DNA of 64,000 nt from Nitrosopumilus sp. (lineage in GTDB: Archaea > Thermoproteota > Nitrososphaeria > Nitrososphaerales > Nitrosopumilaceae): assembly GCA_965223425.1 (NCBI GenBank), contig OZ245003.1:2080001-2144000 (forward strand), given 5' to 3'. The position numbers and the translations under genes are program-made. Each line of letters starts with the position of its first letter. Positions within the stretch are counted from its first letter, which is position 1. The notes under the pieces were generated by a model. That model saw only the letters and a program-made list of their open reading frames with translations. It did no database searches and was not told the DNA's origin. Of this stretch, positions 52,209 to 61,637 are shown in pieces.

Positions 52209-54103
52209 AATTATCTATCAACAAAAAATTGTCTTAAAAAGTTATGGGTAAATATCTTGACTGTGTATAGTCCAAAAAGTAGTTCACCCCTTCTCCGAGT
52301 ATGTAAAGTCGATAAAGAACAGGCGCATCGACCTTACTGTCACAGGAAACAAGGGTGTGTGGGTCTGGAAGAAAAGGCTAGGAAGATACACAAGTTTGGA
52401 ACACCCCAACAACATGAAACTAAAGAAATCACAGGTACATGGATAGTACGAGAAAAGAGAAAGGGCCGTCTTGCCAACACCAGATAGCCCAGTCCATGAA
52501 AGTGTCAGTACGATGGGTCCAAAAGCTGTGGGCCAGGCACAGAAACCACATGATACAGGACATATCACATCCTGCACTGATGGGAAGGCCCAAAAACGGC
52601 ATGCCAGGACGCAGGGAGCATTCTGCAGTCCTTGCCGTACGGTGCCAGGAGCACCTGGGTGCTGCAAACATACAAGATGCAGTCAGGGATCAGACCGGAA
52701 TAAATATCCCCCACAACACCATTCACAAAATATTGAGGGACGAAGACATGGCATCAGAGGAGTCAAGGAAGGGCAAAAAGCGAAGATGGGTTCGCTGCGA
52801 GCGCACCTACTCAAACTCCCTGTGGCATACTGACTACAAGCTGCTTGATGACGGCAGGTGGTTCCTGTGCTACGAGGACGACGCCTCCAGGTTCGTGACA
52901 GGATACGGCATGTTTGATAATGCCACGACAGAAAACGCACTCAGGGTGCTGGATCAGGCCATAAGGAACCACGGCAAGCCTGCGGCAGTCATGACGGATC
53001 ACGGCTCGCAGTTTTATGCAAACGAAAAGGAGGCCAAGGCAAGGGGGGCGCAAGCAGGTTTGAAAAAAGGCTAGTCGAGCTTGGAATAAAACAGATTCTT
53101 GCAGGAGTAGGACACCCGCAAACCAATGGAAAGCTGGAGCGCCTGCACGGCGAGATACAGCGGAAGCTTCCGGAGTTTGTGGCAATCATGATGCGCAAAA
53201 GCGATCCGGTGGACCTGCTCATGGACTGGTACAACAACCGCAGGCCCCACATGTCACTGAACAGAAAGCAGAGGGAAACGCCTGCACAGGCCTTTGTGCG
53301 CACCTATGTTAACCACCGGGCGTGTTGCGGCAACGCATCCCAGTTGTATTTCCGATCCGTGCCTACTTGTACGGTGCAAGATTTATAGCTAACGCTGGAG
53401 AGATAATTTGGTGGGATGACATGCCAATCACCTCTGGCGTGCCTTTTCCATCTTGGCAAGCTTGCGTTTGTACAGTCCCTCGTTTCGGGACTCGTATGGT
53501 GTCCTGGTCTTGAGTATGTGCCACGCTATGGTTATCATCTTGTTGGCGACAGTCACTATGGCAAGTGCATGCTTGCCTGCATGTCTTCTCTTGGAAGACT
53601 CGTATACTGCCTTCATTCTAGTATCATGAATTACCGCCGTGTTTGCAGCCTCGCACATAACCCAGTTGACCAGACTGTTGGTGTCAAGCTTTTTGATTCT
53701 GCCCATGTAGTTTTTGTCGCCTGACTGGTGTATCGCCGGACACAGGCCTGCCCATGAGACGAGATTCTTTGGGGTCTCGAATCTGACAATGTCGGCTATC
53801 TTGACTGCAAGCAGCAGTGCAGAGTAGATTCCCATGCCAGTCATGCTGGCAAGAAGTTTTGCATCCTCGTTTAGCGATGCCTCCTTTTCCAGGTGTTCAT
53901 CCATGTGTCTTATCTCCTCGGTAAGGCTCCTTATCTGCCGGGCACACTGACTCGGTACTATTTCGTCATGTACGGATCCCAGGCTTGCAGACTCCATCTG
54001 TTCTACGGCCTTTATGGCATACATCTCAGAGGCATCGATTTTCACATCGTATCTGTCAAGCAGGCTGTGGACGCGGTTTATCACGCGTGTCCTGTCCTGT
54101 ACG

Positions 54104-55235
54104 TAGTGAATTGGATTAACAATCGCTCACAAAACAGACAACATTATTCAACCACAAGATCTAGATCCCAGTGTATGGCAGAATCCGCATGAAATACAAC
54201 AATTCTGCAATACCGGCAGACAGAAGGTTCCTGTCCGGCGTCTCCAGTGCGCGCCTGCGCAGCATGCAAAAAAAGGAGACAGATCCCAGGGCCGCAGCAA
54301 GGCTGCTGGCATATGCCATGCGCAAGGAGGGCATGTCCATACGCCAGATATGCAGGGCCCTCAACAGGTCATACTCTACAGTACGGGACTGGCTTGTGCG
54401 CGCCGCACAGCTTGGCACCTGCGGCAGGTACGACATCAAAAACAAAGGCGCGCCAAACAAGCTCGATCCGGAACAGACAAAGCAGCTGCGCGCAGACCTG
54501 CTGGCAGGCCCGCGCAGTTGCGGGTTCGAGTCCGGAGTGTGGACGGCACCGCTGCTGGCCGCACACATCAGAAAAAAGTTCGGCGTGCAGTATGCCACTG
54601 TCAGCATATATGACATACTGCACAGGATGGGCTTTTCGTGCAGAAAGCCGCGTCCAAAGCACCCAAAATCAGCCTCAGAATCAGAGAAAAAAGAGTTTAA
54701 AAAAAAAGCAGGGGAGATAATCCGGAGCCATCCAGACCATACGGTGATTACAGTTGATGAGGCCTCCTTTATCATTGGGTGGAATACCAAGAACGGGTGG
54801 TACCTCAAGGGCAGGCCCGTCACCACTCCAGTCAGCCTGTCGCGCAAAAGGTTCTACTCGTTTGGGGCGCTGTACGACGGCGGCTTTGACTGCAGGTTCT
54901 ATGCCAAGGCCAACAGCTACAGCTTTGTGGACATGCTCGGACACCTGCATCTCAAGCACGGCAAGATCATCGTCTTTCTTGATAACGCATCATACCACAA
55001 GTCAAAGATGGTCAATGATTTTGTCGACTCGTATGACGGCGACATAGTCCTTGTTTACTTGCCCGTGTACACCCCGGAGCTGAATACCACGGAGGGGCAG
55101 TGGAGGCTGTTAAGAAGGGCCACTGCAAACGTGATGTATGAAAGCACAAAGGTGATGAAGGAATCCATATGGACAATGCTGGATAGACGTGAGGTCAGGA
55201 TAACAAGGATGAGCGGTTATTTATCCTAGTCACTA
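54104..55235 (+). mobile_element. IS630-family element, copy 2
   Basis: Same IRs as copy 1; flanked by CG on both sides. Confidence 0.94.
54171..55229 (+). CDS. IS630 transposase, intact single ORF (352 aa)
   Basis: HTH region plus DEASF / DNASYH / PELNTTE DDE triad. Confidence 0.93.
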   Translation: MYGRIRMKYNNSAIPADRRFLSGVSSARLRSMQKKETDPRAAARLLAYAMRKEGMSIRQICRALNRSYSTVRDWLVRAAQLGTCGRYDIKNKGAPNKLDPEQTKQLRADLLAGPRSCGFESGVWTAPLLAAHIRKKFGVQYATVSIYDILHRMGFSCRKPRPKHPKSASESEKKEFKKKAGEIIRSHPDHTVITVDEASFIIGWNTKNGWYLKGRPVTTPVSLSRKRFYSFGALYDGGFDCRFYAKANSYSFVDMLGHLHLKHGKIIVFLDNASYHKSKMVNDFVDSYDGDIVLVYLPVYTPELNTTEGQWRLLRRATANVMYESTKVMKESIWTMLDRREVRITRMSGYLS

Positions 55236-55659
55236 CGGTCCTGATCCTCTGTCTGACCATGGCCCGGACTCCTCTTGTGTCAGCTGACGGCACATAACAC
55301 TCTGGTATTGAATCCATCCTCAATACGCTTGCTATCTTTTGTGCGTCAATCTTGTCTGTCTTCTTTCCCGTCTTTGCAATTATTGCCATCTTGTAGGTGT
55401 TGGCAAGCTTTATGTCGATTCCATGTCTCTCAAAGGCGCCGTATGTGATGTTCCACATGTTGCCCGTCGTCTCGCATGCTGCCTGACATCTTCTGGCAGA
55501 ATACCTGAGTGCCGTCTGTTCTGCGAATTTGTCTGCATCTGAGACGGTGTTTTGATACTGGCCAGTATGCAAAACCTTTCCCTTCCAGTCCATGACGCAT
55601 ACGTCACATTTTCTCTTTCCAATGTCTATTCCTATGCTGATTGTTCCTTTGCTCATCCT

Positions 55660-55815
55660 TTCTATCACCTCCTTTCGGATCTTTGACGGATCGGAAGCTG
55701 CATACACCTATCAGGGCGCAAGGCCCAGTCACACAGCAGCTCGGATTGCCCCATTCAAGCTCAAGGGCGCATGGCCCATATGCATACAGGGGTCGATTCA
55801 TCACTACAGCTACGA
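55660..55815 (-). ncRNA. Candidate bridge/seek RNA of the IS110 element
   Basis: Non-coding end with two TGGGCC[A/T]TGCGCCCT motifs, each followed by N6-TG; the second matches the predicted circle junction (ATAGGTG). Confidence 0.5.
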
Positions 55816-55986
55816 CGAGGTGGTTATCATGTGTTCAAGATGCCGCCAAAGGGAGAAATAGTCGTAGATGAGCAGACAGGGGAGGAATATGAAACCAAGT
55901 AGCAGGGGGGTGAACTACTTTTAGAATCCCACAATTACGTAACTACGTAGATAAAAGTTATATGCGTAGACTAGGGATTTTAGATA

Positions 55987-56172
55987 TTGCCCAAATGGAA
56001 GAAAGACGCTAAGGAATTTACAGTGAGTATAAATCATAATGAGTCCCGAGGATATCAAAGCTCTATTCCTAAACCTGTGATTGAAGCATTAGGCGAACCT
56101 GATTATATAACATTTGAGATAAATGGGAAAAATATATGGATTAAATCAGGCACAAGTACAACTAATTCGTAG
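55987..56172 (+). CDS. Small AbrB/SpoVT-like protein
   Basis: YQSSIPKPVIEALGEPDYITFEI pattern. Confidence 0.6.
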   Translation: MPKWKKDAKEFTVSINHNESRGYQSSIPKPVIEALGEPDYITFEINGKNIWIKSGTSTTNS

Positions 56173-56219
56173 AATTTAAAAACACAAAGATTATAATAAT
56201 AATAAGAGAGAAAATTAGC

Positions 56220-56501
56220 ATGGAAACTCAATTAAATTATCTAGACCATCGTTCTCTAGAGAATGTTTTTGAATACAGTAGAAGTCCAGCAGAAGAACAT
56301 CATCTTAGAGATCTTCATCTAGTTACTTTAGAAGAAGGTGAGAATGGAATGATTGTTGCTAAATGTACAGAAATTAATGTCATCACACAAGGCAAATCAT
56401 TTGATGATGCAGAAAGAAATGTTGTCGAAGCAATTAGTCTTATGAGAGAAGAATTAGGAAAAGACAAAGAATTTAGCATATCAGTAAGAAGAATATTTTA
56501 G
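56220..56501 (+). CDS. hicB: HicB-family antitoxin
   Basis: VITQGKSFDDAERNVVEAI. Confidence 0.85.
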   Translation: METQLNYLDHRSLENVFEYSRSPAEEHHLRDLHLVTLEEGENGMIVAKCTEINVITQGKSFDDAERNVVEAISLMREELGKDKEFSISVRRIF

Positions 56502-56713
56502 TGTCTCTTCCTGTAACTTCTGGCGGTGAATTAGTTAGATTTCTTGTTAAACAAGGGTTTGTAATTAAACGACAAAGAGGAAGCCATGTAATTTTAAAAC
56601 ATAGCGACAAAAGATTAACTAGTGTTCCACTTCATAATGAATTAGATAGGGGCACTTTGAGAGGAATATTGATTCAGGTAAACGAATTAGAACACTTTAT
56701 AGAACAGATATGA
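56501..56713 (+). CDS. hicA: HicA-family toxin
   Basis: GFVIKRQRGSHVIL...VPLHNELDRGTLRGIL. Confidence 0.92.
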   Translation: MSLPVTSGGELVRFLVKQGFVIKRQRGSHVILKHSDKRLTSVPLHNELDRGTLRGILIQVNELEHFIEQI

Positions 56714-56726
56714 TAAACAAAACAAT

Positions 56727-57173
56727 ATGTCCGTTATAGATTCAAAAGAAGTTGATTTTGTAGTTTTAAAAGAAGATTATAGTAGATTTCTAGTACATGA
56801 TGGAACTTGCATCAAAGCAAAAATCGTAGTCAAGAAAATTTTCTTTAATCCTCAAAAAACTCCTGAAGGGTACCCTGCAGGTATAGCTGTAGACACATTT
56901 AATGCAATATCTGCAGTAGTGCCTCAATCTCTAAAACGTCAACCTTCAACAGAACAAATGAATCCACAAAAGGATAAGGGTGAAGAAGTAAAGTTTGAAG
57001 AACAAAAAATTGAAATTCAAGAATATATGACTCCTGATGGGTTTAAGATCACTGTAAAACCTATTGTTACAAAAATTCTCAAGTATGACAAATACAATAA
57101 TTATGGCGAACCAACATACAGTGTAGTTTTACAAGCAATAACAAATATTGAAAAAATAGAAAGTACAGGTTAA
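56727..57173 (+). CDS. Hypothetical protein with internal duplication
   Basis: EVDFVVLKEDYSRFLVHDGTCIKAKIVV vs EVKFEEQKIEIQEYMTPDGFKITVKPIV. Confidence 0.7.
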   Translation: MSVIDSKEVDFVVLKEDYSRFLVHDGTCIKAKIVVKKIFFNPQKTPEGYPAGIAVDTFNAISAVVPQSLKRQPSTEQMNPQKDKGEEVKFEEQKIEIQEYMTPDGFKITVKPIVTKILKYDKYNNYGEPTYSVVLQAITNIEKIESTG

Positions 57174-57281
57174 TTTCATGTCCCGACCCTTTACAGGTCT
57201 AGATTATCCACTCATGACCCGATAAGTTGACAGAACCGTTCAATAGGTGATTTTTGCCATATATTTTTAAAATCACGTTAT

Positions 57282-58106
57282 TTATCTCTGTTTTCTCTTC
57301 AGATAACCTGCCAATATCTTGTCGGCCATGTCTCCAACATCCATATCTTTTCTTGCAGCCAGACTTTGCAGCTTTCTTGCATTTCCTTTGTTCAATGAGA
57401 CTGTAACTTTTTGTTGCAGCAGTCCGGATTTTGCCTTTTTGAGCAACTTGGCGTGAGATGATTTTGGGGAGCGGTTCAAAGCCCTGAGATACTCTTTTCT
57501 TAGCTTCTGGTCCAGCGGAACTATTTTTTCTGCAGTCCTTACTGCCTTTGAAACGTTTGGAACTGCCCGATACAACTTTACACAGTCATCGCGGGACAGC
57601 TCCCTTGGAACAAACTGTCTTAGTCTGTCCGGCACCGCTGCAAACCCCAGATATTTCTTTAGAGTTTGGGATGACATTCCAAGGGAACGAGCGGCCTTTG
57701 CCTTTCCAACTGACTGGGTTAAAAACACGCATGCTGCAGTCGTGTCCCTTGTGTTCATCTTGTTGCGGTGAAGATTCTCTACAACAGACGCTGCCTTTGC
57801 GTCCTTCAGGTCATACCTTGTAGTGTTAGCAAGCAACAGCGCCGGAATCTTCTTTGCGCCCAATCTTTTGAGCGCTGCCAATCTCCGCTGTCCTGACATC
57901 AGCAGATACTCGTTTTTGCCGTTCTTTTGAACCATAGGCGGATTCTGCAGTCCCTCGTTTTTGATGGATTTTGCAAGCTCTGCGACCCCATCCCTGTCGA
58001 GTTTTCTAGCTTGTGCGTCCTTCCAAACCTTGATGTGTTTTACTGGAATTTCTCTTAATCGATATTTTATTGGGGAGTTGTATCTTTTGGCCGTGATTAT
58101 ATCCAT
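57282..58106 (-). CDS. ParB/Srx-domain protein, copy B
   Basis: Identical to copy A except the last residues. Confidence 0.88.
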   Translation of the reverse strand: MDIITAKRYNSPIKYRLREIPVKHIKVWKDAQARKLDRDGVAELAKSIKNEGLQNPPMVQKNGKNEYLLMSGQRRLAALKRLGAKKIPALLLANTTRYDLKDAKAASVVENLHRNKMNTRDTTAACVFLTQSVGKAKAARSLGMSSQTLKKYLGFAAVPDRLRQFVPRELSRDDCVKLYRAVPNVSKAVRTAEKIVPLDQKLRKEYLRALNRSPKSSHAKLLKKAKSGLLQQKVTVSLNKGNARKLQSLAARKDMDVGDMADKILAGYLKRKQR

Positions 58107-58356
58107 GGCTGACTTTTGTTAAAAGAAGTAGTGATCAGTAATTGACAAAAAATGAAAAAAATATTAGCGGATTTTGCATTCGGCAGGTATGCCGGTAGTC
58201 AGTCCATGGCAACTGGCAGTTAGACGCAGGAATGTTGGGGGGGATGTCGGCAGATTAAAGTTCACTATCAAATGCATCAAAAATCAAAAACCGCTGTACA
58301 ACACTGACAAATCATGCCTGGCACGGAGATGCCTGGAACTTGAAACAAAACTAGAG
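57293..58356. repeat. 1064-bp direct repeat, copy B
   Basis: Matches 47939-49002. Confidence 0.92.
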
Positions 58357-58542
58357 TCATTATCAGGCAAGAAAAAAGCCAAAACTGTGATATCTGAAAA
58401 TGAGTTGGATAAGATCGTAGTCCAGGCACGTCTAAGGAAATCAGCCAGAGACAGTCATGCCCCCAAACAAAGAAAGATCGTCTCTTGGAAGGCTGTTTGG
58501 CAGAAGGTAGCAAAACAGGAACTGCAAGATTTCTGTCAGTAA
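58174..58542 (+). CDS. Basic hypothetical protein, start uncertain; truncated in copy A
   Basis: ORF continues past the repeat end here but stops 4 codons after it in copy A (48820-49017). Confidence 0.4.
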   Translation: MHSAGMPVVSPWQLAVRRRNVGGDVGRLKFTIKCIKNQKPLYNTDKSCLARRCLELETKLESLSGKKKAKTVISENELDKIVVQARLRKSARDSHAPKQRKIVSWKAVWQKVAKQELQDFCQ

Positions 58543-58640
58543 AATATTGAGATCCGCTAATTTCTGAAGAAGGGCGGGTGAAACAAGGGCAAGAATGATT
58601 CAAACAAAAACTAAAAAACCTACAGAAGCCCATCTCTGAC

Positions 58641-58877
58641 ATGAGAAAAAACCCACACCCAACATATTCCAAGATAGTCAGGGCGGTAAAATCAAAGAGA
58701 CTCAAAGAGCCGTTTTACCCAAACGACTTGGTCAAGGCGTGCCGTATTGAGTCAAGGGCCGCATCAAGGTACCCTTCCAGATACAGAAGGGGCAACCCAC
58801 AGAAAAAGCCGATCTACTTTGTAAGATCCAATGACGGCCGGTACAGGCTGGCCAGGCCATTCAAGTATGGCCTGTAA
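58641..58877 (+). CDS. Small basic protein (78 aa), copy B
   Basis: Inverted paralogue of 49026-49262. Confidence 0.75.
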   Translation: MRKNPHPTYSKIVRAVKSKRLKEPFYPNDLVKACRIESRAASRYPSRYRRGNPQKKPIYFVRSNDGRYRLARPFKYGL

Positions 58878-58914
58878 TGCCATTTGTTGAGTCCACAAGT
58901 GATACAGATATGTT

Positions 58915-59000
58915 TCTTTAGTTGTCATTCTTTGCCGCATCTCTTTAGTTGTCATTCTTTGCCGCATCTCTTTAGTTGTCATTCTTTGCCGCATCTCTTT
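58915..59000. repeat. 27-bp tandem repeat x3 (TCTTTAGTTGTCATTCTTTGCCGCATC)
   Basis: Directly visible, no spacers. Confidence 0.9.
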
Positions 59001-59141
59001 ATTTTTGAATTCCGTTCCACGCAACGCGGTTGCCAACAGTCTATTGCCTCAAGAGTTCTAAACATGTTGGAATGGTTATGTTATCATCACCTACTTTCCC
59101 AACAGTTCCCATATCTAATGCAGCTTTGAGGGATTGAATTG

Positions 59142-59360
59142 TCACTGCTGCTGAATTTTTAGCGCAGTTGTTTGGATCAAATATTTTAGGATTGTCAAGG
59201 GGACATCTGATAATATCTCATGAGGTTCAAATGCCCTTCCTTGTTCTGATGAACAGTTCAGCACGGTTTTGAATTTTTTGGGAATGTGTATTTTGTACGG
59301 AGCGCAGATGTCAAACGGCTTGATTGTCTCGTATTTCACCTTTCGTCTCGGATCTTTCAA
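59142..59360 (-). CDS. Small hypothetical protein
   Basis: 72-aa ORF co-oriented with the upstream zinc-finger gene. Confidence 0.4.
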   Translation of the reverse strand: MKDPRRKVKYETIKPFDICAPYKIHIPKKFKTVLNCSSEQGRAFEPHEILSDVPLTILKYLIQTTALKIQQQ

Positions 59361-59412
59361 CAGTCAAAAAAACCATGAATATAAAAAAAGATATCGAAAA
59401 TGGGCAATTAAA

Positions 59413-59574
59413 CTAAATTTCAAACTCTTGGCGACACTTTTCGCATTTTCCTCTCTCTTTTCCAGGCGGGCCAAGAAGGAATACTTTGCCGATGGTTCTG
59501 CATTCAGGACACATTCCAGTTGTCGCATTTTTAGGACCGGTCCGGATAATTTTTTGAGTTTTTCTTCGTCCCAT
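59413..59574 (-). CDS. Small zinc-ribbon protein (53 aa)
   Basis: Manual translation MGRRKTQKIIRTGPKNATTGMCPECRTIGKVFLLGPPGKERGKCEKCRQEFEI. Confidence 0.7.
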   Translation of the reverse strand: MGRRKTQKIIRTGPKNATTGMCPECRTIGKVFLLGPPGKERGKCEKCRQEFEI

Positions 59575-59616
59575 TGAATAAGCTTCTCGAGTCGTCCTAT
59601 TAAATTTAATTTTTAA

Positions 59617-59703
59617 TGGCGCGGGGAGGGGGATTTGAACCCCCGTGTCCTTGCGGACATAGGATTAGCAATCCTACGCCCTACCAGGCTAGGCGACCCC
59701 CGC
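59617..59703 (-). tRNA. tRNA-Ser(GCT) with encoded CCA
   Basis: TAGGA-TT-GCT-AA-TCCTA anticodon arm, long variable arm, GGTTCAAATCC. Confidence 0.95.
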
Positions 59704-59736
59704 ATAAGGATGCCTAGAATTAATCTGTAAATAAAT

Positions 59737-60483
59737 TCACTCGTCGCCAAATTGGCTATAATTATTCACAATCTCATCAATTGCCACTCTTTTTCCACCT
59801 ACAATTTTCAGATCCACTTGGATCTTTTTGTCAGAAAGGGTAAGAATGTTGTAGGTGTTTTCAAACAATCCACGAACTCGTTCAGATGTTGCAGTTCCAG
59901 CATTTACTACTGTCAGTTGTTTGAAATTCCAAGCCCATGGCCGATGTTTGTGTCCACACAAAACCACGTCAACTTTGGTATCCAAAACTGTTCTTAGCAC
60001 ATCGCCGGCATCAACAACAGTGAGTTGATCAGAGCCGGTATCAGGGATTGCAATTAAGTGATGGTGCATTGCCACGATCTTTATTTTGTCTTTATATTTT
60101 TTCATGGTCCTTTCTAACCACAAGTTTTGCCTGTATCCCACCTCCCCATTATTTCTATCAGGTCGAGCAGTTCCAACAGTAACTAAAACAACATCACCAC
60201 TTAACTCGTTGACTGTTTCAAACGGAAAAAATTTTTTGAACAGCAAATAACCGGTGTTTCTATAATCATGATTTCCGCTAACTGCAATAATTTTTTTGGT
60301 GTTGAGTTTTGTCAGCAATGATTTACATTCCTCATACTCTTTCATCAAACCCTCATTGGTAAGATCACCTGTAATTACAATCACATCAGGATTTAGTTCA
60401 TTTACCTCTTTGACTACTGTTTCAAATACTTTGGGCTGAAACTGGGAACCCACATGGAGATCCGAGAGCTGTACAATAATCAT
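59737..60483 (-). CDS. Calcineurin-like metallophosphoesterase
   Basis: SDLH, TGDL, GNHD, HH, GHKH. Confidence 0.92.
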   Translation of the reverse strand: MIIVQLSDLHVGSQFQPKVFETVVKEVNELNPDVIVITGDLTNEGLMKEYEECKSLLTKLNTKKIIAVSGNHDYRNTGYLLFKKFFPFETVNELSGDVVLVTVGTARPDRNNGEVGYRQNLWLERTMKKYKDKIKIVAMHHHLIAIPDTGSDQLTVVDAGDVLRTVLDTKVDVVLCGHKHRPWAWNFKQLTVVNAGTATSERVRGLFENTYNILTLSDKKIQVDLKIVGGKRVAIDEIVNNYSQFGDE

Positions 60484-60608
60484 CTTCCATCAAAACAAAA
60501 TCAAGCTATGTTAATAAATTGCTCCTATGAGAAACATGCCATTTAAAAAATCAATTTTTGTTTGACAAGGGTAGAATTAAATACGCTCAAGCGACAAATC
60601 TCGCTGAA

Positions 60609-61637
60609 ATGGGTAAAAAAGCAGCAGTGATCAACGGCGATGGAACCGGTCCGGAACTAGTTGATGCCATGATTCATGTTTTAGAGGCTTGCAATACTCA
60701 AACTGAGCTTCTTCGCTGTGAAGCAGGTTCAGAACAATGGGAAAAAAATGGCGGAGCCACATACATTCCTGATGACACAGCAAAAATCATGGATGAAAGC
60801 GATGCCTGCTACAAAGGTCCCACTACAACAATACCATCACCTGATGCTCCTAGAAGCGTAGCCGTTTCTACAAGACAAAAATTTCAGCTGTATGCAAATG
60901 TCAGGCCCATTAAGACATATAACAGACTCTCGCCAAACACGAAACTTGATTTCGTATGCTTTAGGGAGGCAACTGAAGGGCTGTATTCAGGAATCGAATT
61001 TGACACGTCTGAAGATTCTGCAATAGCAATTAGAAAAATAACAAGAAAGGGTTGTAAAAGAATAGTAGATTCTTCATTTGAATGGGCAAAAAAATACGGA
61101 TTAAAGAAAGTAACAGTGATTACAAAAAGAAACATTCTAAAAAGAACCGACGGTATTTTTTGGAGTGAGGCAAAAAGAGCTGCAAAAGAAAATCCAGGAA
61201 TTGAGATTGAAGAATATTACATTGACAATATGACCCAACAATTAGTAAAAAATCCTCAAAGATTCAATAATTCTGTCTTGTTAAGCACGAATCTGTTCAT
61301 GGATATCATATCAGAATGCGCTTCTGGCAACATTGGCTCGATTGGAAATGTTTATTCTGCAAATATCGGTGATGATTATGCCATGTTTGAGCCAGCACAC
61401 GGAAGTGCGCCAAAATACAAGGGAATGGATAAGGTAAACCCCACTGCTGCAGTCTTATCTGGAGCATGGATGGCAGAATATCTGGGCGAGCCCGAAATAA
61501 AGGATGCAGTTTTCAAAGCTACAGATGAAGTAATCAATGAGGGCAAGTTTGTGACATATGATATTGGCGGCAATGCCAAAACAAGTAAGATGTCAGATGC
61601 AATTGCAAAACGTTCTGCTGAATTATTAAAAAAGTAA
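60609..61637 (+). CDS. Isocitrate/isopropylmalate dehydrogenase family protein
   Basis: GDGTGPE, YANVRP, REATEGLY, FEPAHGSAPK. Confidence 0.92.
   Translation: MGKKAAVINGDGTGPELVDAMIHVLEACNTQTELLRCEAGSEQWEKNGGATYIPDDTAKIMDESDACYKGPTTTIPSPDAPRSVAVSTRQKFQLYANVRPIKTYNRLSPNTKLDFVCFREATEGLYSGIEFDTSEDSAIAIRKITRKGCKRIVDSSFEWAKKYGLKKVTVITKRNILKRTDGIFWSEAKRAAKENPGIEIEEYYIDNMTQQLVKNPQRFNNSVLLSTNLFMDIISECASGNIGSIGNVYSANIGDDYAMFEPAHGSAPKYKGMDKVNPTAAVLSGAWMAEYLGEPEIKDAVFKATDEVINEGKFVTYDIGGNAKTSKMSDAIAKRSAELLKK

Larger units (their letters stand above)
53428..55656 (-). pseudogene. IS110 DEDD recombinase split by IS630 (55236-55656 and 53428-54103)
   Basis: GIDIGK, CETTG, KTDKIDA in the N part; GLCPAIHQSG in the C part. 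Confidence 0.9.
53303..55837 (-). mobile_element. IS110-family (IS1111-type ends) element, interrupted by IS630
   Basis: Subterminal IR ATGATAACCACC / ATGTTAACCACC, 7 and 3 nt from the ends; CA/TG core at both junctions. Confidence 0.88.
52264..55933 (+). mobile_element. IS481-family element (frameshifted transposase, about 52413-53302 + 55838-55902) hosting IS110 and IS630
   Basis: IRs TGT-N8-AAAAGTAGTTCACCCC at both ends; WHTDYK, TDHGSQF, PQTNGKLER; reading frame QAFVR|KMPPKGE rejoins across the insert. Confidence 0.88.

Noticed and set aside
58915-59000. 27-bp repeats as mini-CRISPR or parS array
   Set aside because: Head-to-tail with no spacers, not palindromic, and absent beside parB copy A
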